A stretch of 63,027 nt of DNA, filler included, from Octopus bimaculoides (GCF_001194135.2; 4 parts of 3 records of this genome joined end to end with filler, not necessarily neighbours in it), one strand, 5' to 3'; shown: positions 11,240 through 24,750, counted from the first letter of the whole stretch. Program-made: numbers and translations. Notes: a model not told the origin generated them from the sequence alone.

Positions 11240-14150
11240 GCATTGTTATTGCAGCCCCCTCGTTGAATATGACAGGGTACACCTAAATATTTATTGTTGC
11301 CTTGTTGTCTTAGTGCATCCAGGACTTGATTATGCTGCTAGAATAAAGTTCAAGGATGCATAATCTCTACAATGATGACATTCAATAGAGTAACTCAAAC
11401 CACACTGTCTAATATTGGCTAAGGATGGAAGTACATTAGTAGGAAATGCAACATAACTTGTTCCATGATCCATAACATGTTCTCCCAGTCAGTCTCCTGC
11501 ATATCACAGGCCTTTAATGAGGACTTGACACGGTCCTTAAATCGCAGCGCTGGTTGTTGCCAAGGTCTCTTTCCACTAACAAGTTCCCTATATAGCATTT
11601 GTTTAAGAATCCTGCTATCCTTCATTCTAATAAGGTGTCCAGTTCAATATAACCGGTGCTTGTGCACCATTGCCTTAATACTCAAGATATCAGCTATCCT
11701 CATGACCTGTGTATCTGTAGTTTTTAAGGTCTAGCCAACATTCTGAATGTGTTTCAGACATCTCTGATAAAAGTGTTCAAGGACCCTTACATGACGTTTG
11801 TAAAGGATCCATGTCTCACATAAGTAAAGGACCAATGTCAGTACACATGCACAGTACACAGCAATTTTTGTCTGCTTTGTGATGCCATGCTGGGACCAGA
11901 CACAAGACTGAAGAGACCGGAAGAAATCAGTTTCTCTCTGCAACCTGAAAGATATTTCATCATCCAGGGAGCAAGAAGAGTTGAGTGTGCTGCCCAGGTA
12001 GACAAACTTGTCTACCACTTTCAGAATTGTTCCTTCAACCAAGATAGCTGGTTCCACATATGGATTTCCTGGTGCAGGCTGGAATATTACAACAACCTTG
12101 TCCAGGTTAATGCTGATTTCAAATAGCTTGCAAGAAGCAGAAATACAATTCATAAGTATTTGCATGTCATCCACTGTATGAGTGACTAAATAACAGTCAT
12201 CTGCATAAAGGAGGTCACAAATAAGAGACTGGAAAACTTTTGAATTGGCAGCAAATCCGTGCAGATTAAAGAGGCAACCAGAAGATCAATACCTGACATA
12301 TATTCTCATAGAGCTAACCTTAGCAAAAGCATGAGTAAAAGCAGCAGCAAAGTACAAAGAAAAGAGAGTTGCAAGGATGTTACTCTGCTTGACACTATTC
12401 TCTACAGGAATGGGTCTTGCCATGCCATCACCAACACTGACCCAAGCATCCATCCCATCATGAAATGATTTAATTATAGATACAAAGTGATCCAGACATC
12501 CAAGTTTGCCAAGTATTTTCCATAGCAAGGCCCTATTCACAGTACCAAAGGCCTTTGTTAAATCAAGATCTATACCTGGACAAGATCTATATTCTGCCCA
12601 TAGCACTTCTCCTGCATCTGTCTTGCTGTGAAAATCATATCCATTGTCCCTCTACCAGATTGGAAGCCACATTGAGATTCAGATAGGACATCTTTTACAA
12701 GACACCTATCCAGTCAGGTAAGAAGAATATTTGCCAGAACCTTGCCAGCAGCTGATAGTAGAGCAATACCTCTGTAGTTGCCACACATTGTTCTGGCTCC
12801 TTTTCCTTTATATAGAGGAAGAATAATTGCATCCTTCCAGTCCTTGGGCATTGCACCATCCGTCTAAACTACACTAATAAGTTCATGAAGGGACTGTATG
12901 ATGTAATCACCACCAAATCGCAAGACCTCAGCACAAATTCCATCCTTTCCAGGTGCCCTACCAAAATTCAATTTACTTATTGATGTCATTACCTCATCTA
13001 TTGAGGACATGGAATTTAAGGAGCCAAGGATAGGTCTTTGTTGCACAGTAGCAATCACTGTTTCATCCACAACTGACTCATGGTTTAGGAGTTCAGAGAA
13101 GTGTGACCTGTGATTTCTGTTGATTTAGTAAACAGGGTGGAAGACTCTTTGGAAAGCAAAGGAGCTGATGTGGAGCTCTTAGGCTCATAAACTTGCTTCA
13201 TAAGATGGTAAAGCTTCTTGCTGTCATTTGCAACCTGAACATCATGAGCAAGATCCTCCCACCAAGTGTTCTGCATCTTCTTGAGAGATCGCTGCAGTAG
13301 TGAATTTACACTGCTATAGTGGACAAGTGCTAGATTTTGCTGCACAGCTGAAATTCCTCTGTGCGGCAATACATTGTGGGCATGGTGCTTTACAACTAAC
13401 AGTCGCTGAACTTCAGCATCATTTTCATCAAACCAGTCTCTGTGTTTTGCAATAGCATTTCTCAGTGTTTCAGCAGCATATTGAAGAACCTGGTCTTGAA
13501 AATCTTCCCATACTGTAGTATTTTCCATGCAGAACAAGCGAGTCTGCAGCTCTTTCCTGAACACTGCATCAAATATCTTGTGAACATTCAGACACCAAGG
13601 AATGCCAGCCAGCCCTCTTCTCTCTTTCACTCTAATCATCATCCAGAACTTTGTTCACACCAGACTGTGGTCTGTCCAGAATTCTGATCCATGAAAAGAC
13701 TTGACATTACAAATGTCATTGATGTCATGCTTGTGGATGATGACATAATTCAGCAAGTGCAAAACTTTAGACCTTGGATGCATCCACGTTGTTGTGTGAT
13801 CACCTTTGTGCATAAAATGAGTGCTTGCGATGTAAAGTCCATTGTAAAACTCCAGTAGCATGAGACCATTGCTATTCATTTTCCCAACATCAAAATGTCC
13901 TAGAGAGTTCCACATTTGCCAGTCTGTTCCAACCCTGGCATTGAAATCCCCCAGTAGAACGACTTTATCAGCTGGGTATAAAAAATAGTTTTATCTTCAT
14001 CACATCTAGTCAAAGTAGGTGCATAGGAACTTATTAGAGTAGCAAACCGCCCACCTTTGTTATTCTGACAGAGTATTCATTTGTTCTGTATCCATCTGTC
14101 CAGCAACTATCTCCAGAATAGACTCTGCCGTCTCAATAGCTTTTGCTACA
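11240..14150 (-). mobile_element. RTE-clade LINE family A (BovB-like), 5'-truncated within the endonuclease, decayed
   Basis: APE: GHFDVGKMNSNGLMLLEF...TTWMHPRSKVLHLLNYVI...TDHSL. RT: RAPGKDGICAEVLRFGG, DLTKAFGTVNRALLWKILGKLGC, FVYLGSTL, RILKQMLYRELVSGKRP. Confidence 0.9.
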
Positions 14151-14159
14151 ATCCATTTC

Positions 14160-16370
14160 TTTACTGTCAACATACTTACCTAGGTTACATCACATGACCA
14201 TAACAGCACAGTCTTCTCTCCTGCACACCACATCTGATGCCTCTTATGTCCAATTTTTCTCTCAAGATGCTTAAAATCTGCCATTCATGCACATTGACAT
14301 TGCACATCCAGCAAAGCATGCTAGCTTAATTTCTTTTAATCCTTCGCATATCCTCTATAGTCACAGCCTATGTTTCACTGCCGTGTAGCATGGCTGTGTG
14401 CACACAGGCATCATACAATCTGCTTCTCACTCTGAGGGAGAGGCCCTTTGTTACCAACAATGGTAGAGGCTCTCTAGCAGCTATGCTCTTGGAGCAGCCA
14501 CCTCCACAGCTGACATGGTCACCCAGATAAGCTGTCTACTACTTCTAAGTATCCCTACTGGCATTTGACAGAATCTATTTTCTGTATATTTCTAGTGTTT
14601 ATTGTATCTGTACATCTACCACATATAAAAACTATTTTCCATGTTAACCTTCCTCTGATATTGCTGAACCTCTTATATGTTCATAGCTTGCACCAGGTAC
14701 ACCTTGTGGAGTTTCTACCTACACCTTTTCCACATATCAAGCAGGGCCATCTCCCTGGAGGAATCTGTGATTACTAAGACTTTGGTTTTTGATAAATTAA
14801 CTCTAAGGCCATTTGATTCCAGACCTTGCTTCCACACCTGAAATTTCTTCTCTAGTTCTGGTAGTGATTCAGCTATAAGAACAAGGTCATCAGCCTAGAG
14901 GAGCTCCCAAGAGCAGCCTGACTTATATTCTTCCGTTATGACCTGGAGGATTATAATGAGCAAAAGGGGGCTGGGACCAATCCTTGGTTAACTCCTACTT
15001 GTACACTGGATTTATTGCTATACTCATTGTCAACCCTCGTGTTACTGACAGCATCCTAGTACATGGCTTCTATAACTCTCACTAACCACTCATCTATCCC
15101 TAGTTTCTGCATTGATCACCAGATAAAGGAATGGAGGACCCTGTTGAAAACTTTCCCCATGTCAACAAAAGCCAAGTACAGAGATTTATTTTTGCCTAAG
15201 TACTTCTCTTGCAGCTGCCTTACCAAGAATCAGTGGTGCTTCTCCATGGCACAAAACCAAACTCTCTTCCTAATTAGTTAGGCTATGACCTTCTTCATAA
15301 CTTTCATCACATGATCTAACAATATGATACCTCTGTAATTATTTCTGACTAAGGCATCACCTTTGCCTTTGTAGCAGTTGACTATGGTATTGTTACACCA
15401 GTCATTGGGTTTGACTCTTTCTGTACAAACTTATTGACTATATGGGTGACTAGACTATAACCTACACCACCAGATATTTTAAGCTTCTCAACAGCAATTC
15501 CTGATGGGTTGGAGGATTTCCCTCTCTTCATATCCTTCATGGCTTTATCTACCAAGCTACTGTCTATTCAGATAGCTGGTCCCTCTGTTCAATTCACATT
15601 AGGCAGGCTCTCCTCCCTCCATGAGTTCTCTGCATTTAGCAACCTTTCGTAGTGGCACTTCCAAGCCTCTTTCTTTGCAGAGTCACTAACTGCAAGTGCA
15701 CCATCATCCATGCAAATACACTTCTCTATAACAACATCACTAGTTTCTCTGACAAACTGTCTTGCCAACTGAAACACTTCAAGCTGCTGGTCCTCATGTC
15801 ACAGAGCATAGGCAAACTTCTTCCTTTCTGCTCATCCCTGGCTAAGCATACCTGCCTCCTCGCTTCCCTTCTAGTTACTTGATATAGTTCCTTGCTACTG
15901 CCACCCTTCCAGTCCTAAGCTTGCTTATTTGCTCAAATGGCCTTGTCGACTACACTATTCCACCACTATGTCACCCTAAGTCAGCTTGGGACTTTGCACC
16001 AGCCACAAATTTGGCCTGTTGCTCTCAGTAAGTTGTCTCGTAGGAATTTTCAGTTATCCTATATGTTACATGTCTATAACTCTTCCTTCTTCTCAATAAA
16101 TGCTTCATTTAGGACATCTCTAAATCTCTGACTATTCAGAGGATCCTTAAGCTTCCAAGTTCTTTTACAAACTGGCTTGCTTCTTGGATTCCTTCTTGCC
16201 TGTAGTCTGAAATCACTAATGACTAACCTATGCTGAGGCATACATTCTTCACCAGGGAAGGTCTTTGCATTTATGAGCTACCATGAATCTCATTTTCTGG
16301 TGAGAATGTAGTCATTCTGGCTAGCATTGTCACTGGATTTATAAGTTATCAGCTGACTGGTCGGTTTTCT
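14160..16370 (-). mobile_element. RTE-clade LINE family B (end of APE through RT), decayed, lacking 3'UTR
   Basis: KKEAWKCHYERLLNAEN, EEYKSGCSWELL*ADDL, GLESNGLRVNLSKTKV; collinear with 29150-29900 and 42900-44480. Confidence 0.85.
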
Positions 16371-16599
16371 AAAGTTGATGTTGCAGATCAGTCATTTGTT
16401 TATTTGGCAGGCTTGGTTGGTGGGTATAGGCTGAGATGATGATTGTTGCCGTGCAACTCTGTAAAATTAGTCTAAACTTGAGCATGCTATCACATACTCT
16501 GACTACCTCAGTCACCCTATTGACCCATTTCCCTGCCCCATCACTGTTATCCAACAGTAACAGCAGCAGTAACCACATCAGCAGCACCATCAACATAAG

Positions 16600-17235
16600 G
16601 AAACATACACAGAAATATGTTGGATCAATGGAGGGAAATTTTAAGCTGCAACTAAATAACCACAAATCCTATTTTAGGATCCCTGAAAGATGTAACGTTA
16701 CATCTTTAGCCAACTACATACAGCATTTAAAAGAAGAGGGAATATCATACTGGATCTAATGGAAAGCTCCTGGAACAGCTTGGATCATATCTCACAGAAG
16801 CAGATAATGCAAACTTTTCTTGGCTAAGAGAGAAAGGATCCTAAAAAATCTACTCTATTCAGGAGCCCTTCTTAAATTCAAAAAGTAAGATGTTTAGTCA
16901 GTGCCCTCATGAGAGAGAATTCATGTTGAAGGCAAGGGCTTCTCTGCTTGATGACTAGTGAACAGAAAATATATGTAAACTGACCCTTTTCAGACACAAC
17001 TGGACCATTCAAACAGAGATAACTCCATCTCATACAGAGGGGGTTTCATTTTGAAGAATTTTGTTTCAGGGTTTTTTTTTCACCATCATGCTGATCAAGA
17101 CTGTATTCTTACCTTTATTAGCAATGAAGTTATGTGTCTCTGGCCAGCAGATATGATGACTGACATACATTGCTAATAGCAATAATAGAAGTGTAACTAA
17201 TGGTAACTTTCTGACTGGTCATAAACAATGACTAC

Positions 17236-17250
<15 letters not shown>
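16600..17250 (+). mobile_element. Penelope-like GIY-YIG fragment and downstream terminal sequence
   Basis: KYVGSMEGNFKLQLNNHKSYFRIPERCNVTSLANYIQHLKEEGISY. Confidence 0.7.
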
Positions 17251-17303
<53 letters not shown>

Positions 17304-17314
17304 CACACACACAC

Positions 17315-17465
17315 AAGATTCTACAAAGTTACTGTCCTACCAAATTCACTCACAAGATATTGATCAGCTCAGGGCTACAGTAAAAGACAATTGTCCAAGG
17401 AACAGTGGAGTGTGACTGAACCAAAAACCACATGAGTTTCTTAACCACACAGTTATGCCTGTGCA
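17315..17465 (-). mobile_element. SINE family B, 5' part
   Basis: Reverse-complement match to the family B head. Confidence 0.6.
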
Positions 17466-17809
17466 TCCATTTTAAAAATAAGATAAAATCTTTATAAGAA
17501 TTTGTCAAGTAGTTAGCGTGGAAAACCTCATAAGGGAAAAATTTATTAATTATTCCCGTTAGATATATTTATTTATATATATTAAGGGCATTACTATACA
17601 TAAATGCCTCACACTAGGAGGGACTCTTAAAGTCAAAACTACCATATTATGGTAGTTTAGACTTTAAGAGTCTTCCAAGCATGAGGCATTTATGTATTGT
17701 AATGCCCGACGTCCTGTACCCAGATATGCATCTATATATACATGTAGATGTAGGTATGTACATACATGTACGTATATATGCATATACTCACATATTATTT
17801 GTATTATAC

Positions 17810-17840
<31 letters not shown>

Positions 17841-17842
<2 letters not shown>

Positions 17843-17985
17843 CATATAAGAGGGATGACCACTAAGTGGACATCCATTTTACTAGAAGTAAACCACCTAT
17901 GGTCTGACCACTTAGTGGTTAGATCATTGGTGGTCTACTTCTAGCAAAATGGACGTCCACTTAGTGGTCATCCCTCTTATATGTA
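17841..17985. mobile_element. Palindromic MITE-like element (145 bp)
   Basis: Arms of 71 bp with 6 mismatches around a 3-nt loop; TA-flanked AGAGGGATGACCAC termini. Confidence 0.7.
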
Positions 17986-18502
17986 TGTAATATAATTTTT
18001 CTGAATCTTCAGATTTTTTCAATTTGCTAGGCCACTGGTTTTAAATTGATATTAATCAAATTAATATTCAATTTTTCACCCTTATTATTTAAATTTTTAT
18101 ATATATATATATAAACAAATGATAGGGATGGAAAATGAAATACACAGGAAACTTTATTGCTCACAACAATCGTTGTGAAACATATCCTGCATCAATCCCT
18201 TGCAGGTGGAAAACTATACAACTAGTTGTGGTGCAACTCTCAGTGCAGAAACGTCACATCAGGTGATGTGGTAAGAGGTATCACTGAGGAATTCCTGAGG
18301 TAGATCCAACGACAATTATGTAATTACCATGGATGACATCAGGTAGCCATAGACAGTAAACATACTTTATCAGCTTACTGCTAGGAACATACTGAACCCT
18401 TAAATATATATATATTATATACATGTAACTCTACAAAATATATTGAGTGCCCTTTTCTTTTGCTTGTCCATTCACTCATATATATATATATATATATATA
18501 TA

Positions 18503-18675
18503 TACTAGCAGCTAAGCCTGGTTTCACCCAGTTGGTTTGAATGATGTGGCTGTAAAACCTGCTCTGTGTAAGCATACGACTTGTTTGGGCATGTTTACAT
18601 TAAAAAACAATTTTAGAATAACTTTTTTGTCAAAATGCTAAAAATAACTGAATATACACACACATATTTATATAC

Positions 18676-18738
<63 letters not shown>

Positions 18739-18762
18739 TACATATTTTAATATATAAAACAG
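18503..18762 (+). mobile_element. Possible Helitron/Helentron-type non-autonomous repeat
   Basis: Starts TACTAGCAGCTAAGCCTGGTTTCACCCAG, has an internal microsatellite and ends CATATTTTAATATATAAAACAGA. This resembles DINE-1/Lep1-like architecture from memory only. Confidence 0.3.
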
Positions 18763-19762
18763 AGTTTGTGTGTGTGTTGGTGTGTGTGTGTGTGTGCACG
18801 CATGCATGTTCCTTATGGATTCAAAAACTGAGTTGCCGATTTTGACATATGAGGTATCAAAAGATTCAGTAATCTTTCAGCTATCAAATAAAGTATGTTT
18901 TTGCATAACAACACGTTTTTACTACAAAAATAACCTCAAAAATGAGGTCGGGTCACACAATTTTGAGGTCTTTAGTTAAGAGAGGCAACTCTTAGCTTTA
19001 TGTCTTACATTGAGCATAATGAGAAAATGTTTAAAATACATGGAGTTTTATCAGGGAATGAAACTTGGAACTTTATTAGTATTATTTAGTAATCTTTTAA
19101 TGTGAAGTATGTTTGTGTGTGTTTTGTCTAGCCCAGAGTTGCATCTGATGTAGCAGACCCCTCACATAGTTTCTTTTTTTTTTTTCTTGAAATACTGTAA
19201 ATCTGTGTCTTTCTTTTGATGAAAGGGTGTGTTTTAAGAGAGATTTAGCTGCTATTTGTAGTAGTTCAAATTACCACAGACACACCCGTGTGTGTGTGTG
19301 TGTGTGTGTGTTTTGTTGCAGTGGAAAAAAATAGTTTTTCTAAGAATATTTTGCACAATAACTTTTAAAGAAATCTGGACAGCTTTCTGACTGTTAACCA
19401 TTCAACTTCAAATTAAAATTGTTAATTGTTGGAAGTGAAGTAGAATGAGATGTACATATAGTGTTATATAGAGTGGAACTTCAGTACGAAGTTTTCAACT
19501 CATATTGTGGTTAGTAATCCATTACCTTAAATTTGAAGCCATTAAGTCTTTAAACATTATTTTACTGGGTTTAGTCTTTCGACTGTTGCCATGATGCGGT
19601 ATCACCTTCAAAAATTTCATTGATCATATTAACTTCAGTACGTATTTCAATCTGACATTTATTTTATAGATCTCTGCTTGATGGACTGCTAACTTTGAGA
19701 GAGTGGGACACAATATTTGATTCAATAACAAATGTAAACAGACACACACACACATATTAGGT

Positions 19763-19910
19763 GCAAGAATGGCTGTGTGGTTGAGAAGTTTGTTTCCCAA
19801 CCACATGGTTCCATGTTCAGTCCCTCTGCATGGTGCCTTGGGCAAGTGTTTTCTACTATAGCCCTAGGCCAACCACAGACTTGTGACTGAATTTGGTAGA
19901 TGGAAACTGC
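19763..19910 (+). mobile_element. SINE family B, 5' part
   Basis: GTGTGGTTGAGAAGTTTGTTTCCCAACCACATGGTTCCATGTTCAGTCCC...CCTTGGGCAAGTG. Confidence 0.75.
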
Positions 19911-21666
19911 AGCGCTGTTCATCAGAAAATGACCGAAAAACGTTTGTGAAGAAGAGTTGTTTGCTTCATACTTCTCATGTGCCGATTCTGCCCATAAGAA
20001 AGGAACAAATAATACAATGTGACTGTAGGTCAATGCCGGAGTGCATTGCTAGTATAATATAAAGAGAGAGAGGGGGGTGAGAGATTCGTGTGTATATGTG
20101 TGTGCGTATGTGTGTGTGAATATGTATGTATGTATGTATGTATGCATGTGTGTGAGTATGTATGTATGTATGTATACTGGGGTAGGAAGTAGAGAAAGTG
20201 TAGTAACCAGGGTCGTTTTAAACTAAAATTTATGAATGAATACGAGGACATGCGTTTCTGAAAAATGTAAATCGGTTTACAATTAGCGTGTTTACACTAT
20301 TTACAATTTACAATTGTAGTCATACGCATTTAGCTGTTTCTATGGTTATCTACGATGATAAATGTTAAAATTAGATCATTGCATAATAACACGCCGATCT
20401 ATGAATTTACAGAAAATGTTCTGAATATCCTGGAATCTACTATGAAATGCGGACAGCACCTGATGTTGTTGCTTTTATAATTATTACGTGGTATGTGGGT
20501 TTTCCATTGTGGCTGATGTCATAGAAATAACTGAACATCTCATCTGATAGGCCGGGTTACTTAAATTATGTGCATGGATTTGATCCTGGAACCTTTTGAT
20601 CGGTGGATAATCGTTTCCCGCTTATTACATACTTTCTTTGTGCAAACACAAAATTAAGAGTATTTGGAAGCATGAGAAAAAATGTTTTGACTTTAATAGG
20701 TAAGTTTTCGTAATGTCTACAAAAACAGCCAAAAGAAGGTGTAATATTTTTAAAATAATTCCTTTTCTATTTTTATTCGTAATTTCTGTATAACTTTTTC
20801 TTCCTTAGAATTCTCATCTCCCTGTATTCTTCCTTTTTTAATATTCTTTCTTTCACAGCTCTGTTATTCTCTCCTACAGTACTTCTATTTGTGTATATAT
20901 ATTTGGATCTGTACAACTCTAACCATTCCACTTCAAGTAAATCATTTATTTTGTAGTAGTTTTCCTGTCCAAATTCATTAAAGAACCTCTATAACAGGCT
21001 TCCAATTCCAGACCATGTCCAATGTAAAATTATTCTATTATATTTCAATTACTTCCAATATTAGCCTAACCGACTTTTAAACATACTTTCCTAAACTGAA
21101 TATCTCCTTCTTGTTTATATTTTATAGTCTCGTGGAAATGTATGAAAATCGCAAAATTTTCATTCCACCTCCTACATAAACTTGTGCGCATCTTAAAATT
21201 TTGTTTCTCTATATTTATCTATCGCTTCTGTTTTTACCAATAAAAGAACACCATATCATTAAACCTGTGTTTTTGCTATTAGACATAACTATTATTAGTA
21301 GGATGTTTCCACGAGTCATTCGAGTTGAGGTTTGTTAGAGCGTGCTGATTATCATAGCAAGTTTGTGATTACGTAATCTTGTTCTTTCCTGATACGGTAT
21401 CTCCGATTGAACACTCCTCCTCTTTCTGTTCTGTTGTGACGTATTCAGGTTTTCACATTTTTATCATAAATTATCTCAAGCGTATTTCATAGACATAGGA
21501 ATATTTCTGAATGAAAATCCCATGAACCTCAACTACAAAAGTAGGCATTGATAGAATTCATGTATTACATACAATGCTATGTTGTCAAAACACTGACACA
21601 TTTTCCCAAACATCAGCGTGTATGTGTATACATGTGTAGATAAAAACATTAGTGTGTGTGAGTGTT

Positions 21667-21809
<143 letters not shown>

Positions 21810-21877
21810 CATGAATAGAAATAGCTTTCCTGATAATTTTTCCACTTCAGTAATTAGACGTTTATAAATTATTAGGT

Positions 21878-21911
<34 letters not shown>

Positions 21912-22086
21912 CAATGGTAAGACAACAAAAGATTGAAAGAGACCTCGATATTATGTAAATAGAGGAAATTATATACACACACACGTTCATACATACATAC
22001 ATACATATTTATATATATGCACACACACACACTCATACATACATTCACACATAAATATATATGAATCTATGTATACATGTATGTAA

Positions 22087-22118
<32 letters not shown>

Positions 22119-22386
22119 AAAGAAGGATGGGCAAACACTCACAGGTGCATATAATATATTTATACAAGCTGTTTATTTCATGGAATTTTATGTAACAACA
22201 TATGTAAATGTTTCCACCATCCTATAATAGTTTATCCGTCTCTATTGATATTCGCTCGAACTTTTTCTAACCTACTCATCTGCTTCTAGAGTACCTACTT
22301 TTATTAAGATGTTGGATTTTAAAAATTCAAGCTATTTGAGCATTAACTTGCTGTCTATTCTTGTGTTACCATACTCGTCCCGAGTG

Positions 22387-22417
<31 letters not shown>

Positions 22418-22535
22418 TTGTGTGTGTGTGTGAATCGATAAGTATATATGTATGTATACAATTACAGCGTGGAAGGTGTTTATTAGCCATTTATNNNNNN
22501 NNNNTTATATTAAAGTTAGATAAGGCCGGTTTATG

Positions 22536-22602
22536 TGATTACTTTAGGTTTCACGTCCACGAAGGGCTTGGCTTTATGGCGTATCATCAGATCTCATGAT
22601 CC
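22536..22602 (-). ncRNA. Near-intact type I hammerhead motif inside a 30-bp inverted repeat
   Basis: Minus strand GAT-CTGATGA-T-ACGCCA...TGGACGT-GAAAC-CTAAA-GTA-ATC. There is one unpaired nt at the base of stem II. Confidence 0.55.
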
Positions 22603-22619
22603 CATAAACCGGCCTTATC

Positions 22620-22990
22620 TAACTTTAATATATGTATATAAAATAAAAATGAAAAAATACACAATAAGTACAGGATTTCACCAACAAGCGAAAAATATGT
22701 AAACACTCAACGAGAGACAAGTACGGGACAAAATACCAAAAGAAGTCTAACTCCTCCTTAGTTGTCAACTGTTTATTAGTACCTGTTTCGTGCTTGTAAC
22801 AATAAGACAAGAAGACTTCATAAGGCAGCAGCATTCAGAAATTTTAAAAATATAAAATTTGTGGAGAGTTAGAGCTTCAAATGAACGCTTGACACCAGTG
22901 TGGATGTACTGAAATGATTGACAGACGTTTAGGGCCGTTAGACCAAGACAAATTGTAATGAGTAATGCCTTGAAGAAATTTTGAAAGGAT
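22620..22990 (-). mobile_element. Penelope-like 3' end / pseudo-LTR remnant
   Basis: ITHYNLSWSNGPKRLSIIS resembles the PLE EN C-terminus. A degenerate hammerhead (CTTATGA...GAAACAGGTA) lies at about 22780-22825. Confidence 0.45.
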
Positions 22991-23027
22991 ATAGAGTAAA
23001 TAGAAGATATATAGAATATATCTATCA

Positions 23028-23358
23028 GGAGTAGCTGTGTGGTAAGTAGCTTGCTTACCAACCACATGGTTCCAGGTTCAGTCCCACTGCGTAGCACCTT
23101 CGGCATATGTCTTCTACTATAGCCTCAGGCCGACCAAAGCTTTGTGAGTTGGTAGATGGAAACTGAAAGAAACCTGTCGTATATATGTATGTTTGTGTGT
23201 TTGTTCCCCCACCATCGTTTACATCCCCGTAACTTAGCAGTTCGGCAAAAGAGAATGATAGAATAAGTACTAGGCTTACAAAGCATAAGTCCTGGGATCG
23301 ATTTGTTTGACTAAAGGCAGTTCTCCAGTCAAATGGCTGAAACAAATAAAGAAATAAA
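23028..23358 (+). mobile_element. SINE family B, full-length
   Basis: tRNA-like head, CCTT(C)GGCA..TGTCTTCTACTATAGCC, internal TA/TG tract, 3' part CCCCGTAACTTAGCAGTTCGGCAAAAGAG...CTGAAACAAATAAAG. Confidence 0.85.
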
Positions 23359-23528
23359 AGAATATATATATGTGTGTGTGTGTGTGTCACATAAATGCAA
23401 ATTTCATGTACAAATTTGTAATTGAATTATTGAGTATTAATTAAAATAGCTATAAGAAGTGAAGATGACCAATTTGTTAACAATAAATAATTAACTTCCT
23501 TATCTCCATTTTCTTTTAACTGAATATA

Positions 23529-23569
<41 letters not shown>

Positions 23570-23578
23570 TTGATATAT

Positions 23579-24325
23579 ACATCATCATCATCATTGTTTA
23601 ACGTCCGCTTTCCATGCTAGCATGAGTTGGACAGTTTGACTGAGGACTGGCAAGCCAGAAGGCTGCACCAGGCTCCAATCTGATCTGGCAGAGTTTCTAC
23701 AGCTGCATGCCCTTCCTAATGCCAACCACTCCTAGAGTGTAGTGGGTGCTTTACGTGTCACTGGCATGAGGGCCAGTTTCAAAGTACTGGCAATGGCCAT
23801 GCTCAAAAGGTGTTTTTTACATGCCACCTGCACAGGAGCCAGTCCAGTGGCACTGGCAACAACCTCGCTCGAATGATTTTCTAACGTGCCACCAGCACAA
23901 GTGGTAGAAGGCAATGCTGGTAACGATTATGCTCTAATGGTGCTATTTACGGGCCACTAGCACAGAAGCCAGACAGCTGCTCTGGCAATGAATACGCTCA
24001 ACAGTGCTGTTAGTGCTCCACTGGCGCAGTGACAAGTCATTGAGTATGGTTCAATTTCGATTTCACTTGCCCCAATAGGTCTTTGCAAGCAGAGTTTAGT
24101 GTCCAATGAAGGAGAGGTTGGCACAGGTGCCAGTCGTCGGATTCGGTTCGATTTTGATTTCAGATTCAAATTTCAAATTCCAAATTCCAAATTCACTTGC
24201 CCCAACAGGTCTTCGCAAGCAGGGTTTTAGTGTCCAATGAAGTAAAGATACGGATTAGTGAGCTGGCTACACTTCTGGCAGAAATCACAGATTATGCTCT
24301 CACTTGCCGGGTCTTCTCACGTACT
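23579..24325 (-). mobile_element. RTE family B 3'UTR with internal tandem repeats
   Basis: (CAT)n tail, then GTTTAACGTCCGCTTTCCATGCTAGC; matches the 6.8, 28.9 and 41.3 kb copies. Confidence 0.85.
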
Positions 24326-24342
24326 GCATATATATATAGGCA

Positions 24343-24750
24343 TAGGCATAGCTGTGTGGTAAGAAGCTTGCTTCCCAACCACACAGCTTTGTGTTCAGTC
24401 CCACCTTTGCGTGGCATCTTGTGCAGGCGTCTTCTATTATAGCCTCACGCTGACCTTGTGAGTGTATTTGATAGATGGAAACTGAAAGAAGCCCATCATA
24501 TATATATATGTATATATATATATATGTGTGTGTGTGAGTGTGCGTGTATATTTATGTGTCTGTGTTTGTCCCACCACCACGCTTGACAACAGGTGTTGGT
24601 GTGATTACATCTCCATAACTTAGCATTTCAGCAAAAGAGTCTGATAGAATGGTAACACTTGAAAAAGATAAGTCCTGGGTTTGCTTTGCTCAATTAAAAA
24701 TGCTTCAAGGCAGTGCTCCAGAATGGCTGCAGTCAAGTAAAAGAATAAAA
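24343..24750 (+). mobile_element. SINE family B, full-length
   Basis: Same head, body and tail as 23028-23358. Confidence 0.85.

Noticed and set aside
20640-21060. Purine-rich minus-strand tract resembling a LINE C-terminus
   Set aside because: It has multiple stops and no diagnostic motif.
21139-21190. Possible terminal exon after a polypyrimidine-TAG (LVEMYENRKIFIPPPT*)
   Set aside because: It is too short, has no recognisable homology, and no partner exons were found.
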